A DNA stretch of 64,000 bases, taken from the NCBI GenBank assembly GCA_002104945.1, contig MCFH01000004.1, positions 1,364,001 to 1,428,000 on the forward strand, written 5' to 3'. The stretch is from Piromyces finnis finn. Its lineage: Eukaryota > Fungi > Neocallimastigomycota. Below are positions 12,652-35,484 of the stretch, one piece after another. Under the pieces are notes generated by a model, which did no database searches, was not told the origin of the DNA, and worked only from the letters and a program-made list of their open reading frames with translations. Both the position numbers and the translations under genes were made by a program. Position 1 is the first letter of the stretch. The number at the start of each line of letters is the position of its first letter.

Positions 12652-15172
12652 TAGTAGATGAAGAATTATTTTTATAAGATATATTATTCCTTATAGATAA
12701 TTACTATAAGGCTACCTTGCTCATATAGAATAAAATCATAGGTAAAAATAGTAATAAAGTAGTATGATTTTTAATACTTTAAAAAATCATAATATAATGT
12801 TATAGGGAAAGGAAAAATTGATCTAGGGTTGAAAACGGAAAATAATACAAAATAAAAATCTATACTAAAGATGAAGAACCTTATAAAAATTAATGCCTAC
12901 ATACAAAGCAATTTAGTATTATAATAGTTTAAAGATTATATAAATTTCAAAAAGTTATTTAATTTATTGTTATGGTATAAAAAATTGGATATAAAAATAA
13001 AAATAGTTTTATTTTTAATATTGAATAACACTCTATTTTTTATATCAAACTATATTATATTCTAAAGATATTAAAAAAAAGATTAAAATTCAAAGAGATA
13101 TCTAAAATGATAATTTAAATAATTATTTTTTTTTCTATATAAATTCGATATATAATTGAAACACTTTACATTTATAAACTTTTAAATTTATATTGTATTT
13201 ATTTAATATTCATATTAAAATGATATAATGGTAATATTAAGAGAATATTATTATTATTAATATATATATTTTTTTCTAATGATTAGCAAACATTAAATAT
13301 TATAAAAGCAAATAATAAATTATAAAGCATAATTGATGATTGGAAAAAAAAAAAAATAATATGAATAAAAAAGAGAAATTCAGCAAAAATTTTAAATTTC
13401 AAAAAAAAAAAAAACAACAAAAAACAAAAAAAAAAAACAATGAAACAAACCAGTAAATAAACAACCATAAAAAAAAACTTTATACAAAAGCAACACAAAG
13501 CAAAAAAAAAAAAAAAGAATGTAAAACAAAACAAAAATTAAAGAAATTAAAAAAATTTAAAAGATTATAATGAATATAAACTTTTTGATTCATTTAAGAT
13601 GCTAAACCATAGTATATTAATTGGATTATAGTTCATATCGTTATAATAATAAATTATAATAGTAAATTTTAAAGAAATATTTAAAAAAAATTTTAATGTT
13701 ACTAAACGATTTATTATTATTAATTTATTAAATAATTCAAAATTACAAAACCAATATAATATTTTTTTTTAATTTATATAATATATAACTTATTATATAA
13801 TTATTTAATGTTTTCACACCTTTAGTAGTATTTTTAAGTATTTTTTTAAAGTTAGTAAATCAATGTAATATATATATTTTAGATTGATTTTTTTTTTTTC
13901 TTCAATATTATCATCCACCTTATTATTTTTATATAAATGATTTTTTTTTAACCTTGATTTAAATATAATTAGTATATATTTAAAAATAAAATCAAACTAT
14001 AAATGAAAAAAATATAATGGAAAAAAGAAATAGACATATTATAAAAACAATAGAAAGTTTTTATAAAAAAAAAAAAAAAAATTCCAAAACCTTTTCATTT
14101 ATAACGTTTTTTTTAAAAGTTTGTAAAACTCTTTTTTTTTTTTTTTACATATATATATAGTAAATTATAGATTTTTTTTTTCCTTTAAAGTTCCTATTTA
14201 ATTTAATAACTTTTGTTTAATACATTTAATAAAAATTAATTTTAATAATAAAAATAAAACATTTTTTTTCTATATATTTTAAAATATTTTTTATAAAGAA
14301 AAAAACAAAACAAAACAAAACTTTGTAATTAAAACATACTCTATAGTGTTAAAGAATTATCATCAAATAATGAAAATTAATTATTTATATTTTTATTGAT
14401 CAATTAATCCTAAAGTCTAATAATGCCTTTTATTTCTAAATCAATCCATATCATTAGTGAGTATGAAACTACTTTTTTTTTTTTTTTTTATTAGACAACA
14501 ATAAACCTTTTTCTCTTTTAAAAAAAAATTTTATTTTATAAAGAAAAGTTAAAAAAAAAAAAAAAAACGATTTTAATTATCAAAAAATAAAATACTATTT
14601 AAAAAATAAAAGATGATTTAATATAAATCCTAGATTTTTGGCGATTTTTTTGTTTTTTTTTTTTTTTCTTAGAATCATCCATCACTTAACATATATATAC
14701 TACTTTCCAATATTTAAAATGATATAAAGAACCTGCTACATCATTTCTAATATTTTGATTAATTTTTTTTTTTTTTTTTTTTATTATTAATTTTTAAAAC
14801 TTTTTGAATTTATAGTATAAAATATTAATAATAGTTAAAATATATTTTCAATATGAAATATTATGAATTCTTTAAAAGTAAAAAAAAAAAAAAAGAAAAA
14901 AAAAAAAAAAAAGAAAAATAATGTTTTTTTTTTTTTTTTTTTATTTCTTTAATAAAATAGATTTTTTTTTTGATGTACTGAATAAGAAGAAAAAAAAAAA
15001 AATAAAAGATTTAAAATAATATAAAGAGAATAAAGCAAGAAAAGAAAAAAAGAAATAGTTCATATATATAATAATAAATATGGATATATTATAATTGTAA
15101 TGTGTTAATCCTATTGTATTATTGTGAAGTATTTTTTTTTTTAAAAAAAAAAAAGAAATACGAATATTAAAT

Positions 15173-17643
15173 TTATTGTTGTTGATTCCAAACTGGTGGC
15201 ATTTGTTGTGGTGGTGGATAACTTGGGTATTTTTGTGGTATATATGGGGCTTGTGGTGGTCTAGCGCCCATAGCTTTTATATAGATATTTATATAAATAT
15301 TGAAAATGTTGAATAATTGAAGGAAAAGAGAAAGTGGAAAAACAAACAAACATAATATAAAATATTATATATGAAATGGTTAAATAAAAATTTTTAGTTT
15401 TATAATTAGAGATGAAATATTTTAACTATTTATTAATAAATAAAAAAATGAAAAAGGACATAAAATTTTATATTCTATTTATAAAAGAAAAAAAAAAAAA
15501 AAGAAAAATCAATTTACCCATTGGTTGTCCTGGTACACCCATTGGTGGTCTTTGCATCATATATTGTCCTGCCATTTGTTGTGTTGGTGGTACAGCTAAA
15601 GGTCTTTGCATCATTTGTGGTGGAATAATTTGTGGTTGCATCATCATTGGTTTTGGTAAAGCACCATTGACTGGAACTTGTCCTGGTACAACAGCAGGTG
15701 GTGCAGCTAAAGGTCTACCAACATTAGCAAACTAGTAAAAATAAAATAGGTACAATTGAAAAATGAAATGAATTGTAAATCAAAGTGTATAATTTAAAAT
15801 AATGATTTTAAATAAATTTAATTAAAAAAGCAAGGTTAGTTATTAAATTTAAACACCTATTTAATTATTTGAATGTATAAAAGTAATTATTTATATAGGA
15901 TAATTTACCAATTTATTTGGTAATATAGTAGGTATATTCTTTTTAGCTTGAGCAGCCAATAAACGTTCTAATATTATATAAAAAAAAAAAAAAATAAATA
16001 AATAATATTATATTAATATTTTATTTCTATTTTATTTTAAATAAATTATATATTCAAATATTTATGTTAGTATTAGACTCACCAGCTGCAGTTCCGTGTC
16101 TTTCACCTTTACCATCTTTCTTAAAGGCATAAGATACTGTAATAGCTTTATTCATTAAATATTGACCATTCATAGCTTCAATAGCTGCATCAGATGATTC
16201 GAAATTATCAAAACTAATGAAACCATAACCTTTAGAATTTCCTGTTTCTGGATCTCTTGCAATCTAAATTATATGTTTATATATTATAAAAAAAAAAAAA
16301 AAAAAAAAAAAGAAAAAAATTTTGATATTTATATTTTCCAAAGTTCACAATCATTTACAGTTTAATAATAGGAATTATAATTTTTAATTTTTGAATTTCA
16401 AATTTGATTTTATATTTATTTTATATATTTCCAGTTATTATTATAATTGTTGTTATTATTGTTGAGGTTGATATTAATATTATTATTTTTTGTATTGTCC
16501 AATATAATTATAATAAACAGAGTTTAATATTATGATAAATGATTGATTAGAAAAATTTAATTTAAAATTACTATATTTATCGAAGAATATATTAAATAGA
16601 ATATAAAATATTTTTATTACCTTTGGTGTTTGTACTATAACACCAAATGCTCCAAATGTATCGTATAAGAACTTTTCGTCAATATCAGGATCAAGATTAC
16701 CAATAAATAGTGAAGCACCCACATCAAGATTCTTTTTGTCTGACGTTGCCTATTTAATATATTTAATTTGGTGAAAATATACAATAAGATAATAATATTA
16801 AGAAATAAATTAAAAATTATTAATATTGATAATTATTGAAAAAAAAAAAAAAAACATTTCAAAGGTTTTAGAAATTTTTAAAATTATGTCGATTTATTTT
16901 ATTTTATTATTATTATCATAATAATAAATTAAATATAATTTTTATGGAACATTTTAAGAGTTATTTATTTATTATTGTCATTATCTTTAATTACCTTATT
17001 CACTCTTATTTGTTTTCCGTATAATTTGATCATCTATTTTTATTAATTAGATTATATAATTGACATTAATATATCATTTATTGTTGAGAGTTACATTTAA
17101 TGTTTAATTCTTTTGATTATATTGTTATTTTTTTTTTTATTTTAATTGTTATAATGATAATACAAACATTCATAATTTTTATTGCGTAGTCAGCATCTTC
17201 TTCTGTCATAAATTCACAAAATCCATATCCTTGATGTTGTTGTGTAACACGATCTTTTGGTAAGTGGACATTAACTGTAAAGTGAATAATGAAAATTTTG
17301 AAATTAAATCATTATAAAATTTTTATTTATTAATTTAAAACATAATTGTCAATTTTATTTTGATTTATAATGTTAAAGTTGATGTTTTAAATAAAAGTAA
17401 TGTGTATATATATATATTGTTATAAAATACATTTGTAAAATACAAGGGTGTTAAAAAAAATATAATTTTTCATTTTTTAAAATGTATAATAAATTTCATT
17501 AAATATAAAATGATAAAAATGTTAGATATACCAACTGGTCCAGCTTGAAGCATTAATTCCCATAATAAGGTATCTGTTACCTTTTCATCTAAATTACCAA
17601 CATAGACAGTGGCTTCTTGATTTCTTTCCTGATTTTGAGCCAT
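15173..17643 (-). CDS. SF3B4: splicing factor 3B subunit 4 (SAP49/Hsh49): two RRMs plus Pro-rich tail
   Basis: [73 protein letters not shown]; RRM2 [59 protein letters not shown]; Pro/Met/Gln-rich tail ending WNQQQ*. Confidence 0.95.
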
Positions 17644-18336
17644 ATTTTATTGTTTTAAAATATTACTTTATTTTTTTTTAAAAAAAAATAAAATAAAAAA
17701 TACTAAATTATATATATATTTAAAATTTTAATTTTTATTTTAATTTTTTTTTTTTAAAAAATATTATTAAATAAAATTTTAATATTCAATTTCTGCATAA
17801 ATTCTTGATTGGTATAGGTTTAATAATAATAAAAAGAAGATTAATTTTTTTTTTTTAATTGTAAAGATAGTAATGAAAAAGTAAAAATAAAAAAAAAAAA
17901 AAAAAAAAAAGGTTTAAAAGGTATTTAATAAAAGTAGAGACAAAATAACAATAGAATAAAAAAATATATGGAAACAGTTTTTTTTTTATTTTGAAAAGAA
18001 AATATTAAAAAAATCTTAATTTTATTGTTATTTTTATTAATTTTCTTTTTATTATTACAATTTTTATAAAAAAGTAATTGAGTTTTTGGTTTTTTATTTT
18101 TAAATAATTGTTTAGTATTTATTTTATTTTATTTTTTTTTTAAAAATGAAAAAAATGAAAAAATGAAAATGATATTATCATAATCGTTATTGTTTAATTA
18201 TGAATTGTTTTCTATTGACTTTTCTTTGTTTTAAGTATAAGTTTTAATGCATCAGGAGATGAAAAAGATAATTCTTTTATTATTTTAACAAGGGTGTATA
18301 TATATATAATTTTTTTTTATATATAAATTAGAATTT

Positions 18337-26665
<8,329 letters not shown>

Positions 26666-27266
26666 TTATTCTTTTTTTGTTTATATTTTTATATTCTTTT
26701 CTCTTTTTCTTCTTTTTTTATTATTAATTCTTTATTTTCACTTTTTTTTTTTATTTAATTTTATAAAATTTATATTTTTGAAAAAAGTACTAAAATAAAA
26801 AAAAATAAAAGAAAATATTTTAAATTGAAAATTAAAAATAAAATTTGTTTGGTTAAATTAAAAATATATTAATTATCAAATTATTTAAATTGTTTTGAAT
26901 AAATAATTTTAAATTGTAATAAAAAATTATTTAATAATTAATAATAAAATTAATAATAAAAAAAATTTTTTTTTTTTTTTTCCTTCTTTGTAATTCTTTT
27001 CAAGTTTCCTTTTTATTCTATATTTTCAAAATCACCTGCTTTTTTCTTTTTTCTTTTTCTTTTTTTTTTAAATGAAATATTAATATTATTAGGCTAATCC
27101 TTTGTAGAAATATACTCATTGATTTAAAAATAAAGAAAAAAATTGTTAATTTAACACGTTAACAACAACAAACAACAGTAACAACAACATATATCAAAAA
27201 AAATTATAAATTTTTATTTCATTTCATTATATATTAAAAAAAAAAAAAAAGAAAGAAAATCCCAAA

Positions 27267-28447
27267 ATGAATGAAGCACCAATTAATACCACAGATCAAG
27301 ATTTAATAACACAATTACAAAATGTTCTTATGGGTGTAAATATCCAAATATATTATTATTTAAATTTCATAATAATTACAATAGAAATGAATTTTTAAAT
27401 TTTAAAAATTAGATTCCTAATTTCGAAATTTTCAATACAATTTTTTACTTTTCTTTATGATGATTAATATTAAAAATTGTTTATTTATTTTAATATTATA
27501 CATTAAATACACAATAATATATAAATGTTAAAATAAATATATGTATTTAACAAAAAAAAAAAATATATATATATATATATAGTTATCTCAAATGATGTTT
27601 ACTGGTGTTGGTGTTCTTCAAAGAGACGCCAATTTAATTCCTGTTAATCCAAATATTCCAGTAACCGAATGGACTCGTAATATTTCAATAAATAATATAA
27701 TATAATATAATATAATATAACAAATTAATATATAATAGATTTAAAGTTTATATCTTTATATTATTATCTATACTTAATTATAATTAACTTTAAATAGCCC
27801 AACAAGTTAGTGAAAGAAACGAATCAAATCAAAGTAAAACCATAATTAATAGTCATATAATATAAAACAAAAATATTAAAATAAAGTTGAATGGAAACTA
27901 AATAACATTTATAAAATAAATTAATTTTATAATCCAATACTTTTCACAGCCTTTATTAACGACATAACCAATGATATAACGAGAACTTCACTAGAAATGG
28001 AAAATTTGATTGAATCGATACCAAAAATAACTTGTAATGAAGATAAACAGGTAAGATAAAAAAAAAATAAAGGTTTTTAGAGTAAAAGGAAAATAATAAT
28101 ATCAATTATCAATTATTGATAAACTTTAAATGTTTACATGTATTTTTTTTTTTTAATTTAATTTATATTAACAAAAAATTTATTAATAAAAAGATTGAAA
28201 TATTAGAAAAAATTGAAGAAGAAAGTAAAGCAGCTGGTGATAAACTAGAAACAATAATAAATGAAGCTGGTATATATATAATTAACCTCTAAAATATTTA
28301 AAAAAAAAAAAGTATAAATATGTTGAGTTTTTAAAAGCTTTATTAAAATATATTTTTTTTTAATATTTTATTTAATTTTTAATAGAAACATTATTAGATG
28401 ATATTCGTTCTTCTTTACGATACATAATGGAAACTTCAAATAAATAA
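27267..28447 (+). CDS. MED21: Mediator subunit 21 (Srb7), 6 exons, divergent from ECM29
   Basis: Spliced translation MNEAPINTTDQDLITQLQNVLMG|LSQMMFTGVGVLQRDA..DITRTSLEMENLIESIPKITCNEDKQ|IEILEKIEEESKAAGDKLETIINEA|ETLLDDIRSSLRYI follows the Med21 pattern (D.LTQLQ..GVLQ..IDxLIxSLP..L..LEEE). Confidence 0.8.
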
Positions 28448-28510
28448 TAATTTTATATTATCTTTTCATTTCATATTTATTTATTTATTTATTATCCGTA
28501 TTCAAGATAG

Positions 28511-28512
<2 letters not shown>

Positions 28513-28541
<29 letters not shown>
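28513..28541. repeat. (AC)14 microsatellite between the convergent MED21 and Ras 3' ends
   Basis: acacacac run read directly. Confidence 0.95.
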
Positions 28542-29271
28542 TTTGTTATTATCAAACTTTATAATTATTGTTTAATTTAATGCATCAATAGATTAGTACT
28601 TTTGTACTTTTATCATAATATTTAATTATTTTTTATTATTTTATTTTTAAGAAAAAAAAAAAATAATAAAGTAAAAATTGTATCATAGATCATAAAATAT
28701 AACCTTTTAATAAAAGATTATTATACATCATGTATAAAACTAAAATCTAAATAGCTTTTAATAATCAATTTAGAAAAAAAATTATGAAGAATTTTATATG
28801 TAAATTCCTATAATATATATCTATTTAAATAATTAAAAAAGTATAGCAAACATAACAATATATATATATGTATGTATGTATGTATTTTAATAGTTATAGT
28901 AAAAACCAAACCAAAAAAATAAAAAAAGTATTTTTTTTTTTTTTACAATTTTATACTTGTAAGTTTAACATTTTCTATTAATAAAAATACATCTAAATGT
29001 TGGTTATTATGGTTTGTTTTTGTTTTTTATTTTTTACTTTTTTTTATTATATTTTATTATATTTTTATTAATATTTTTTTTTTTTTTTCAAATAAAAGAA
29101 TTAACATTATTATAGAGAAGAAGAAAAAAAAAATGTGGAAACACATTATTATTTAATTTGTTTTTAAAAAAATTCTTTTTTTTTCGATTTATTATTTATA
29201 AAAATAATAATTGTTCTTTTTTTTAATTATTTTATATATTTATATTTTCTTTCGAATTGCAATAAAATTAT

Positions 29272-30690
29272 TTATAGAATAGTACAACTCTTCTTTCCTT
29301 GTTTTTTGTTGCCAGAAGATGATTTAGATCCACCCTTAGAATTTGATGAAGAAGCAGTTTTCTTTCTACATTCTCTAACTAATTCATGGAAACTTTCAGT
29401 GACATTAATGTTACTCTAGAATATTATTTTTATTTATTAATAAAGTATAAAGAATTATTTAGTATTACGTAGTATTATTAAATATACATTACTATTAAAT
29501 ATTGATGTATTATGATGTATAATGATATTGGTGTCGTTGTTTTTATTTTATAAATAATTTAAAATATTTACCTTTGCTGAAGTTTCTAAATATGGAATTT
29601 TATTTTCGGTACAATATGCTTGAACATCTTTTATATCAACTTCCTTTTCTGGTAAATCCTATAGAAATAAAATTATTTTTTAATAATTAAAAAAATAAAA
29701 AAATTAATATATATATTATTTTTTCTTTTCTTTTTTTTTTTTTTTGAAAGATCTTTTTTTTTAAAAAAAAAAAAAACTTACACATTTGTTACCACACATC
29801 ATTAATGGAACATGTTTAGTATCCTTTAACTTTATAATTTGATCCTTTAATTGTTTAACTTCCTCAAATGTTGCAGCATCATTTAAAGCAAATACTAATA
29901 AGAAACCTTTACCAGATTGGAAATGTTGATCTCTTAAAGCAGTATATTCTTGCTATTTATCATAAATTAAAAAAATAATAATAGTACATAATGATAATTT
30001 CAAATTCATTTAGATTCTTATAAAAAATAACAATAGATATACGAAATTATAAAGGTATACACATAGGTATATAATTATTTTAAAACTTACTTGACCAGCA
30101 GTATCTACAATATTTACTATACATGGAATTTCATCAACGACAATACTCTTTCTGTAGTTTTCCTCTAGCAGAATATTATTTAATACATAAAATTTAATTT
30201 ATTATTAAAATTGTGTCCTTTTTTTTTTTTTTTCCTCTTCTTCTTCTTTTATTTTCATGAATGATATATTATTCATTTAAGTATATATATATATTCGAGA
30301 ATAAATAATTACCAATAGTTGGGTCATAATCACTAGTAAATTCATCTTTTAAGAAACGAACTGTTAAACATGATTTACCGACACCACCACTACCAACAAC
30401 AACCTTTTTTTTTTTTAAATATTATTATCATCATTATCATTGTTTTTTTATTCACAATATATATATAATTTTAAAATAATTTAAAATACAAAATATTGGA
30501 TTAAATATTAACAGAATAATATGACAATATTATATATATTATATAGGGTAAAGGAAAAGAATAAAATATAATAAAATAAGGGGAAAAAATTATTCATTTA
30601 ATCATAAATAAAATAGTAATGGTAGAATAATATAATTATATATATCTATATATTTACCAATTCTTCAACCATTTGTGACTGATTATTCAT
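29272..30690 (-). CDS. Ras-family small GTPase (divergent paralog), CAAX = CTIL
   Basis: G1 GSGGVGKS, effector loop YDPTIEENYRK, G3 DTAGQQEY, G4 NKCD, G5 ETSAK, polybasic tail [13 protein letters not shown]. Six exons. In-frame ATGs at 30690 and 30672. Confidence 0.93.
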
Positions 30691-31503
30691 TTTGACGAAT
30701 TGTTTATTATTTTTTTATAAATAAAAAAAATATCTTTTTCAACAAATGAAAATATATAATAATAATAATATATTATTAATATTATTATTATTATTGAGTA
30801 TATATAAAAGATATGAAAAATTTAGAATTACGTTTTAAAATTGTTATTATTTTTTTAAAAAAAAAAAAAAAATAGAATAAAATAGTTGAAACAATTATCG
30901 AGTAAAAGTATATAAACTATATTATCAATAATATATATATATTATATTAACAAAATTAAAGCGTTCATTCATATCAAAAATAGTCAATACTGTTATGTGA
31001 ATTGAAGCTAATATTTAATATTCTTCATAAAATAGGTGTAATTTCTTTTTTTAAATATATATTCTATATATATATACACATATATGTATATATTCTTTTA
31101 TATACTATTTGTTATCTTGTTGTTTTACTCTTTTTATTTTTTTTCATTTCTTTTTTTTTTTATTTTTTATTATTATTTTTTTTATTGTTGTTGTTATTAT
31201 AATTCTTTCTTTTTTTTTTTTTTTTTTTCAGTAAAAAAAAACTATTGATATTGTCAAAAAACTGAAAAATAAGTATTATATTATTTCTAATACATCATTA
31301 ATCCTCTTTTATTATAAGTTTTTATTTCCATTCTTTTTTTTTTTTTTTTTCTCCAGTACATATTTCTTTTTCTTTTTTAAAAAAGTAGAAATAAAATATA
31401 ATAAAATATAAAGGTGATATATACATTATTGATTAAAGACTTTTTAAATTTCCTTTATATTATTTAAATAGTATATATATAACTTATACACACAATATCT
31501 TTT

Positions 31504-31536
<33 letters not shown>

Positions 31537-32970
31537 TATTATTTTTTTTTCACTTTAATGGAACTAGACTAAATGGAAAAAGGTTTACAGTTTAAAATTA
31601 TAAAAATAATTTGAATTAATACAAAACATATAAAATACTAAAAATAAAAAAAGTCCTTTTTTTTTTTTTTTTTTTTTTTTTTGAAAATATATAGAATTAA
31701 CTTTTTCTTTTTTTTTTTTTTAGAAAAAAAAATAAATAATAATAAGATAATATGGATTAATAAAATACATATAATACTAAAAATAAAAAACATATATATA
31801 ATTAACTTTAAAAATAAAATGGTTGTAATAATAAAAATAGAAAATTATATTACAAATAAAAAAAAAAAAAAAAGGAATATTAAGAATAAGATTTGTTTAA
31901 TATTTTATGAAATAATAATTATAATTTATAGTGTTTCTATTCTTTTTTATTAAATAACATTAAATAGTATACTTTTTTTTTTTATATATATATATATACT
32001 TTTATACACCCAAATGTACCTAATTGAATTTTTAAATTTTAATATATACAAAGTAATGAAATGAAAACTATTTTTAAAAAATGAATTTAAAGTTTAAAAA
32101 TTCTAAAATTTATAAATTTCATTATAATCCTTATTGTTAACCTTTATTAAAAGTAATTATCTTGAAAAATAAGACATTTTTTTTTTTTTTTACAAAATTA
32201 TCATTTAGAATAATAAAATGAATTATAATATACTGTTGATAATTATCTCATTTTTTTTTTTAAAAAAAAAAAAAAAAATATTTATTTATATAATTAATAT
32301 TAGTTTTCTTTAAAAAAAAAAAAAAAAAGTATGTAATTTTTAATTTTTATAGTTTATAAAATGTTATAGAGTTTATCTGGTAAATATATTAAGGTAAATG
32401 CATAAAATTAATACGACAAACTTTGATAAATAAAATAATAAATAATGTTTAAACCATAAAGTATATTTAAAAACATTGAATTTTTATTGAGATTTTAAAT
32501 TTTTTATCTGGTGATGATTACATTTTTATTTTACAAGTAAAACTTCTAATTGTATTATTAATGAGTTGAAATGATAGAATAATTTTTTTATTATTATTTT
32601 TTTTTTTCTTTAATCTTTTATTTATAATGATATTATTATTATTATTATTTAAATTGATTGCTTTATTTTATACATTTTTTTATTTTATTATATGAAGACT
32701 AATGTAAACTAATTTTTTCGATGAATATAGAATTGTTTAATGGTATAATTATTTTTTTTATGTAATTTTTGTATTTTTTTTTTAAAAAAAAAAAAATCTT
32801 TATTTGAATATTATAAAAGTTTTTATTAATTTAATTTGTTTAAATTGTTATTTTTGATATTAAATTATTATAAAGGATTATCGATTTTTTTTTTATTTTA
32901 TTTTTTATTTTTATTTTTATTATTTGTTTATTATTTTGTAAAATTGTGGTGTATAGAAATAATAATTTAT

Positions 32971-33365
32971 TTATGAATCGATAGCCCATCCATTATAATT
33001 TAGGAAATCCTCAATTGCCTCTGTTATATATATATATATATATAAATATAGAGAAGCGTGTGTTAGCATTTCTATACATTTCTATACTTTTTTTTTTTTT
33101 TTTGAGGATTGCCTCAACTACCAAAAAAAAACTTATTTCAAATTTATTTTTATTATATTTTATATATATTTGCAAACCTTTTAGTGCTCTATTTGGAATA
33201 AGATCTTTTTCTGTTATTTCTTTTCTTGTTAATGGATCAAAATGACCAATTTTATCAAAATGTTCTAGTAATTCTGATCTATCATACCTATTTTTAATTG
33301 TTAAAATAAAAAAAAAATTGTAAATTATTAATGTATTGTATTTGCAATTTCAAAGGACTGAATCG

Positions 33366-33396
<31 letters not shown>

Positions 33397-34690
33397 GATG
33401 TATTTTTATATGTTAATTTAATTTATATAAAAAACTTTTTTTTTTATTTCATTTCTTTTTTTTTTTTTTAAACTTTAATACATACGTAATACCACTTGGA
33501 GTAATGACTGGATCATTCATAATATTAAAATGAATTTTTCCATATAAGAAATCCGGTGGTTCTTCTCGATCCTTTTATTAAATTAAATTGTCGATATTAA
33601 ATAATTAAATAATTGTTAATAAATTACAGATGTAAAAAAAAAAAACATTGTATATATTTATATTTGTATTTTGATCAATGATTTACTTTTTGGAATGGAT
33701 CTGCTTTTGAAAATGTATTCTTTAAAGTTTTTAATTTTTGATTCTATGAAAGTAGGATATAAAGGATAATATAACAATTGTATTAACAATATTGTTTTTA
33801 TTATGTTTATGTTTATGCTTCCACTATAGGTATATAGAATTAACATACTTGATCATAATTAATATATTCAATTTCATTTTTAATATCTTCTTCAGATTTT
33901 GAACTATCCGACTGTATTTTTTCAATTTGTCTATTTTACATTGTATAGTATAATAAAAAAAATATTATTATTATTAATTACCAATTTTTTTTTTTTACTT
34001 TTTAAAATTTAAATATCTCAAATAAATAATTTTTAATATATAATTTTATAATAATAGAAATAACAAAATAAAGCATTACCTTTTTCTATCTTGTTCCATT
34101 AAATTAGTTAAATAATCCATTAAATCACAGTTTTCAAAAACTTTTCGACTACCTAAAAAAATAACAATAATATATATATATATTAAACAACATAAAAAAA
34201 AAAAGAGTATTGTTAATATCATTCTAAAAGCATACATAGCTATATAGTATTATTTTTCATATATAAAAAAATTTTTTATATGTTATCTACTTTCAACTTC
34301 ATATTTTTTATTTCTTGCTTTTAATATAGCTTTTCCAATTTCATTAGAGTCTTTTCCTTGTTTTATTGATTGATCATAGGCTTGAATTTACAAAAAAGCA
34401 AAAAACAAATTAATGACATTTATTATTTAAATGAATAATAAATTTTAATTTATTTATTTTTTTTTTTTTTTTTCAGTTCAATTCAATTCATTATTATTTT
34501 CTGTTTTTTTTTTTAAAAAAAAAAAATGTAGTATTAACCTATTTTTAAAACTTGAATAGCTTCGGCTAATCTTGCTGGGGAATTTGATGATTCTGTAATA
34601 GCTTGACCCAACTATTATATATATATATATTTTTTTTTTTTTTTTGGAATTAAATTTCTGTACATTTTATTTTAAATTTCATATGCATAT

Positions 34691-34722
<32 letters not shown>

Positions 34723-35484
34723 TACCAAATAGTTTCCTTTTACTTGAAATAAGTTAATGTGTTGTGTGTATACATAAATAATATATATAATTAATAAATG
34801 TTTATTGACATTACAATTTCATTTATATATTCCAATCAATATTACTAACATGAAAATTTATCAATTTCAATTGCTTTTTGACAATCATTGATAGCTTCTT
34901 CAAATTTCTTTAATCTTATATAACATAATGCACGATTAGTAAAATATACGATATTTCCTGAATCTTTTATCTTTTTAATATCAAAATTGAACATTGTAAT
35001 TATTATAAATTAGAATTTATTATAAAAATAAAAAAAAATAATAATTATTATTTTTTCATTAAATATCGAATTATTATTATTTTATTTTATTTTATTTTTT
35101 ACAATTGCTGTGGTATATTCTTTTATAGCTTCTTCATATTGCTGAATAAAATTTTAAATAATAATATTAAAATGATAAAAAAGTTAAGCGTCTTATTATA
35201 TATATATCTTTCTTTAATACTATTAAAAAAAAAAAATCCTTGTTTAATTTTATAATTATAAAATAAATATTTACTTCTCTTTTAAAAAATATATTTCCTT
35301 GCAGTTTATGCTTTTCAGCTTCCTGATGCATATAATCCATTTTTTGTCTTTTTGAGGAGTACAACTTTAAAAAATTTTAAATTGAAATTTGTATATATTT
35401 AATTTTTTTTATTTGAAATTTATTTTTTTTTTTAATTATTATTAAGCCTATAAAAATAAAATAAAATAAAAATTAATATACCAT
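32971..35484 (-). CDS. STUB1: CHIP TPR/U-box E3 ubiquitin ligase
   Basis: TPRs [53 protein letters not shown]; U-box [61 protein letters not shown]. Start uncertain: ATG|GT at 35484-35482, or internal Met near 35339. Confidence 0.93.

Noticed and set aside
32508-32580. GTGATGA box C-like motif (also ATGATGA near 63188) suggesting C/D snoRNAs
   Set aside because: No CTGA box D or terminal stem at a suitable distance.
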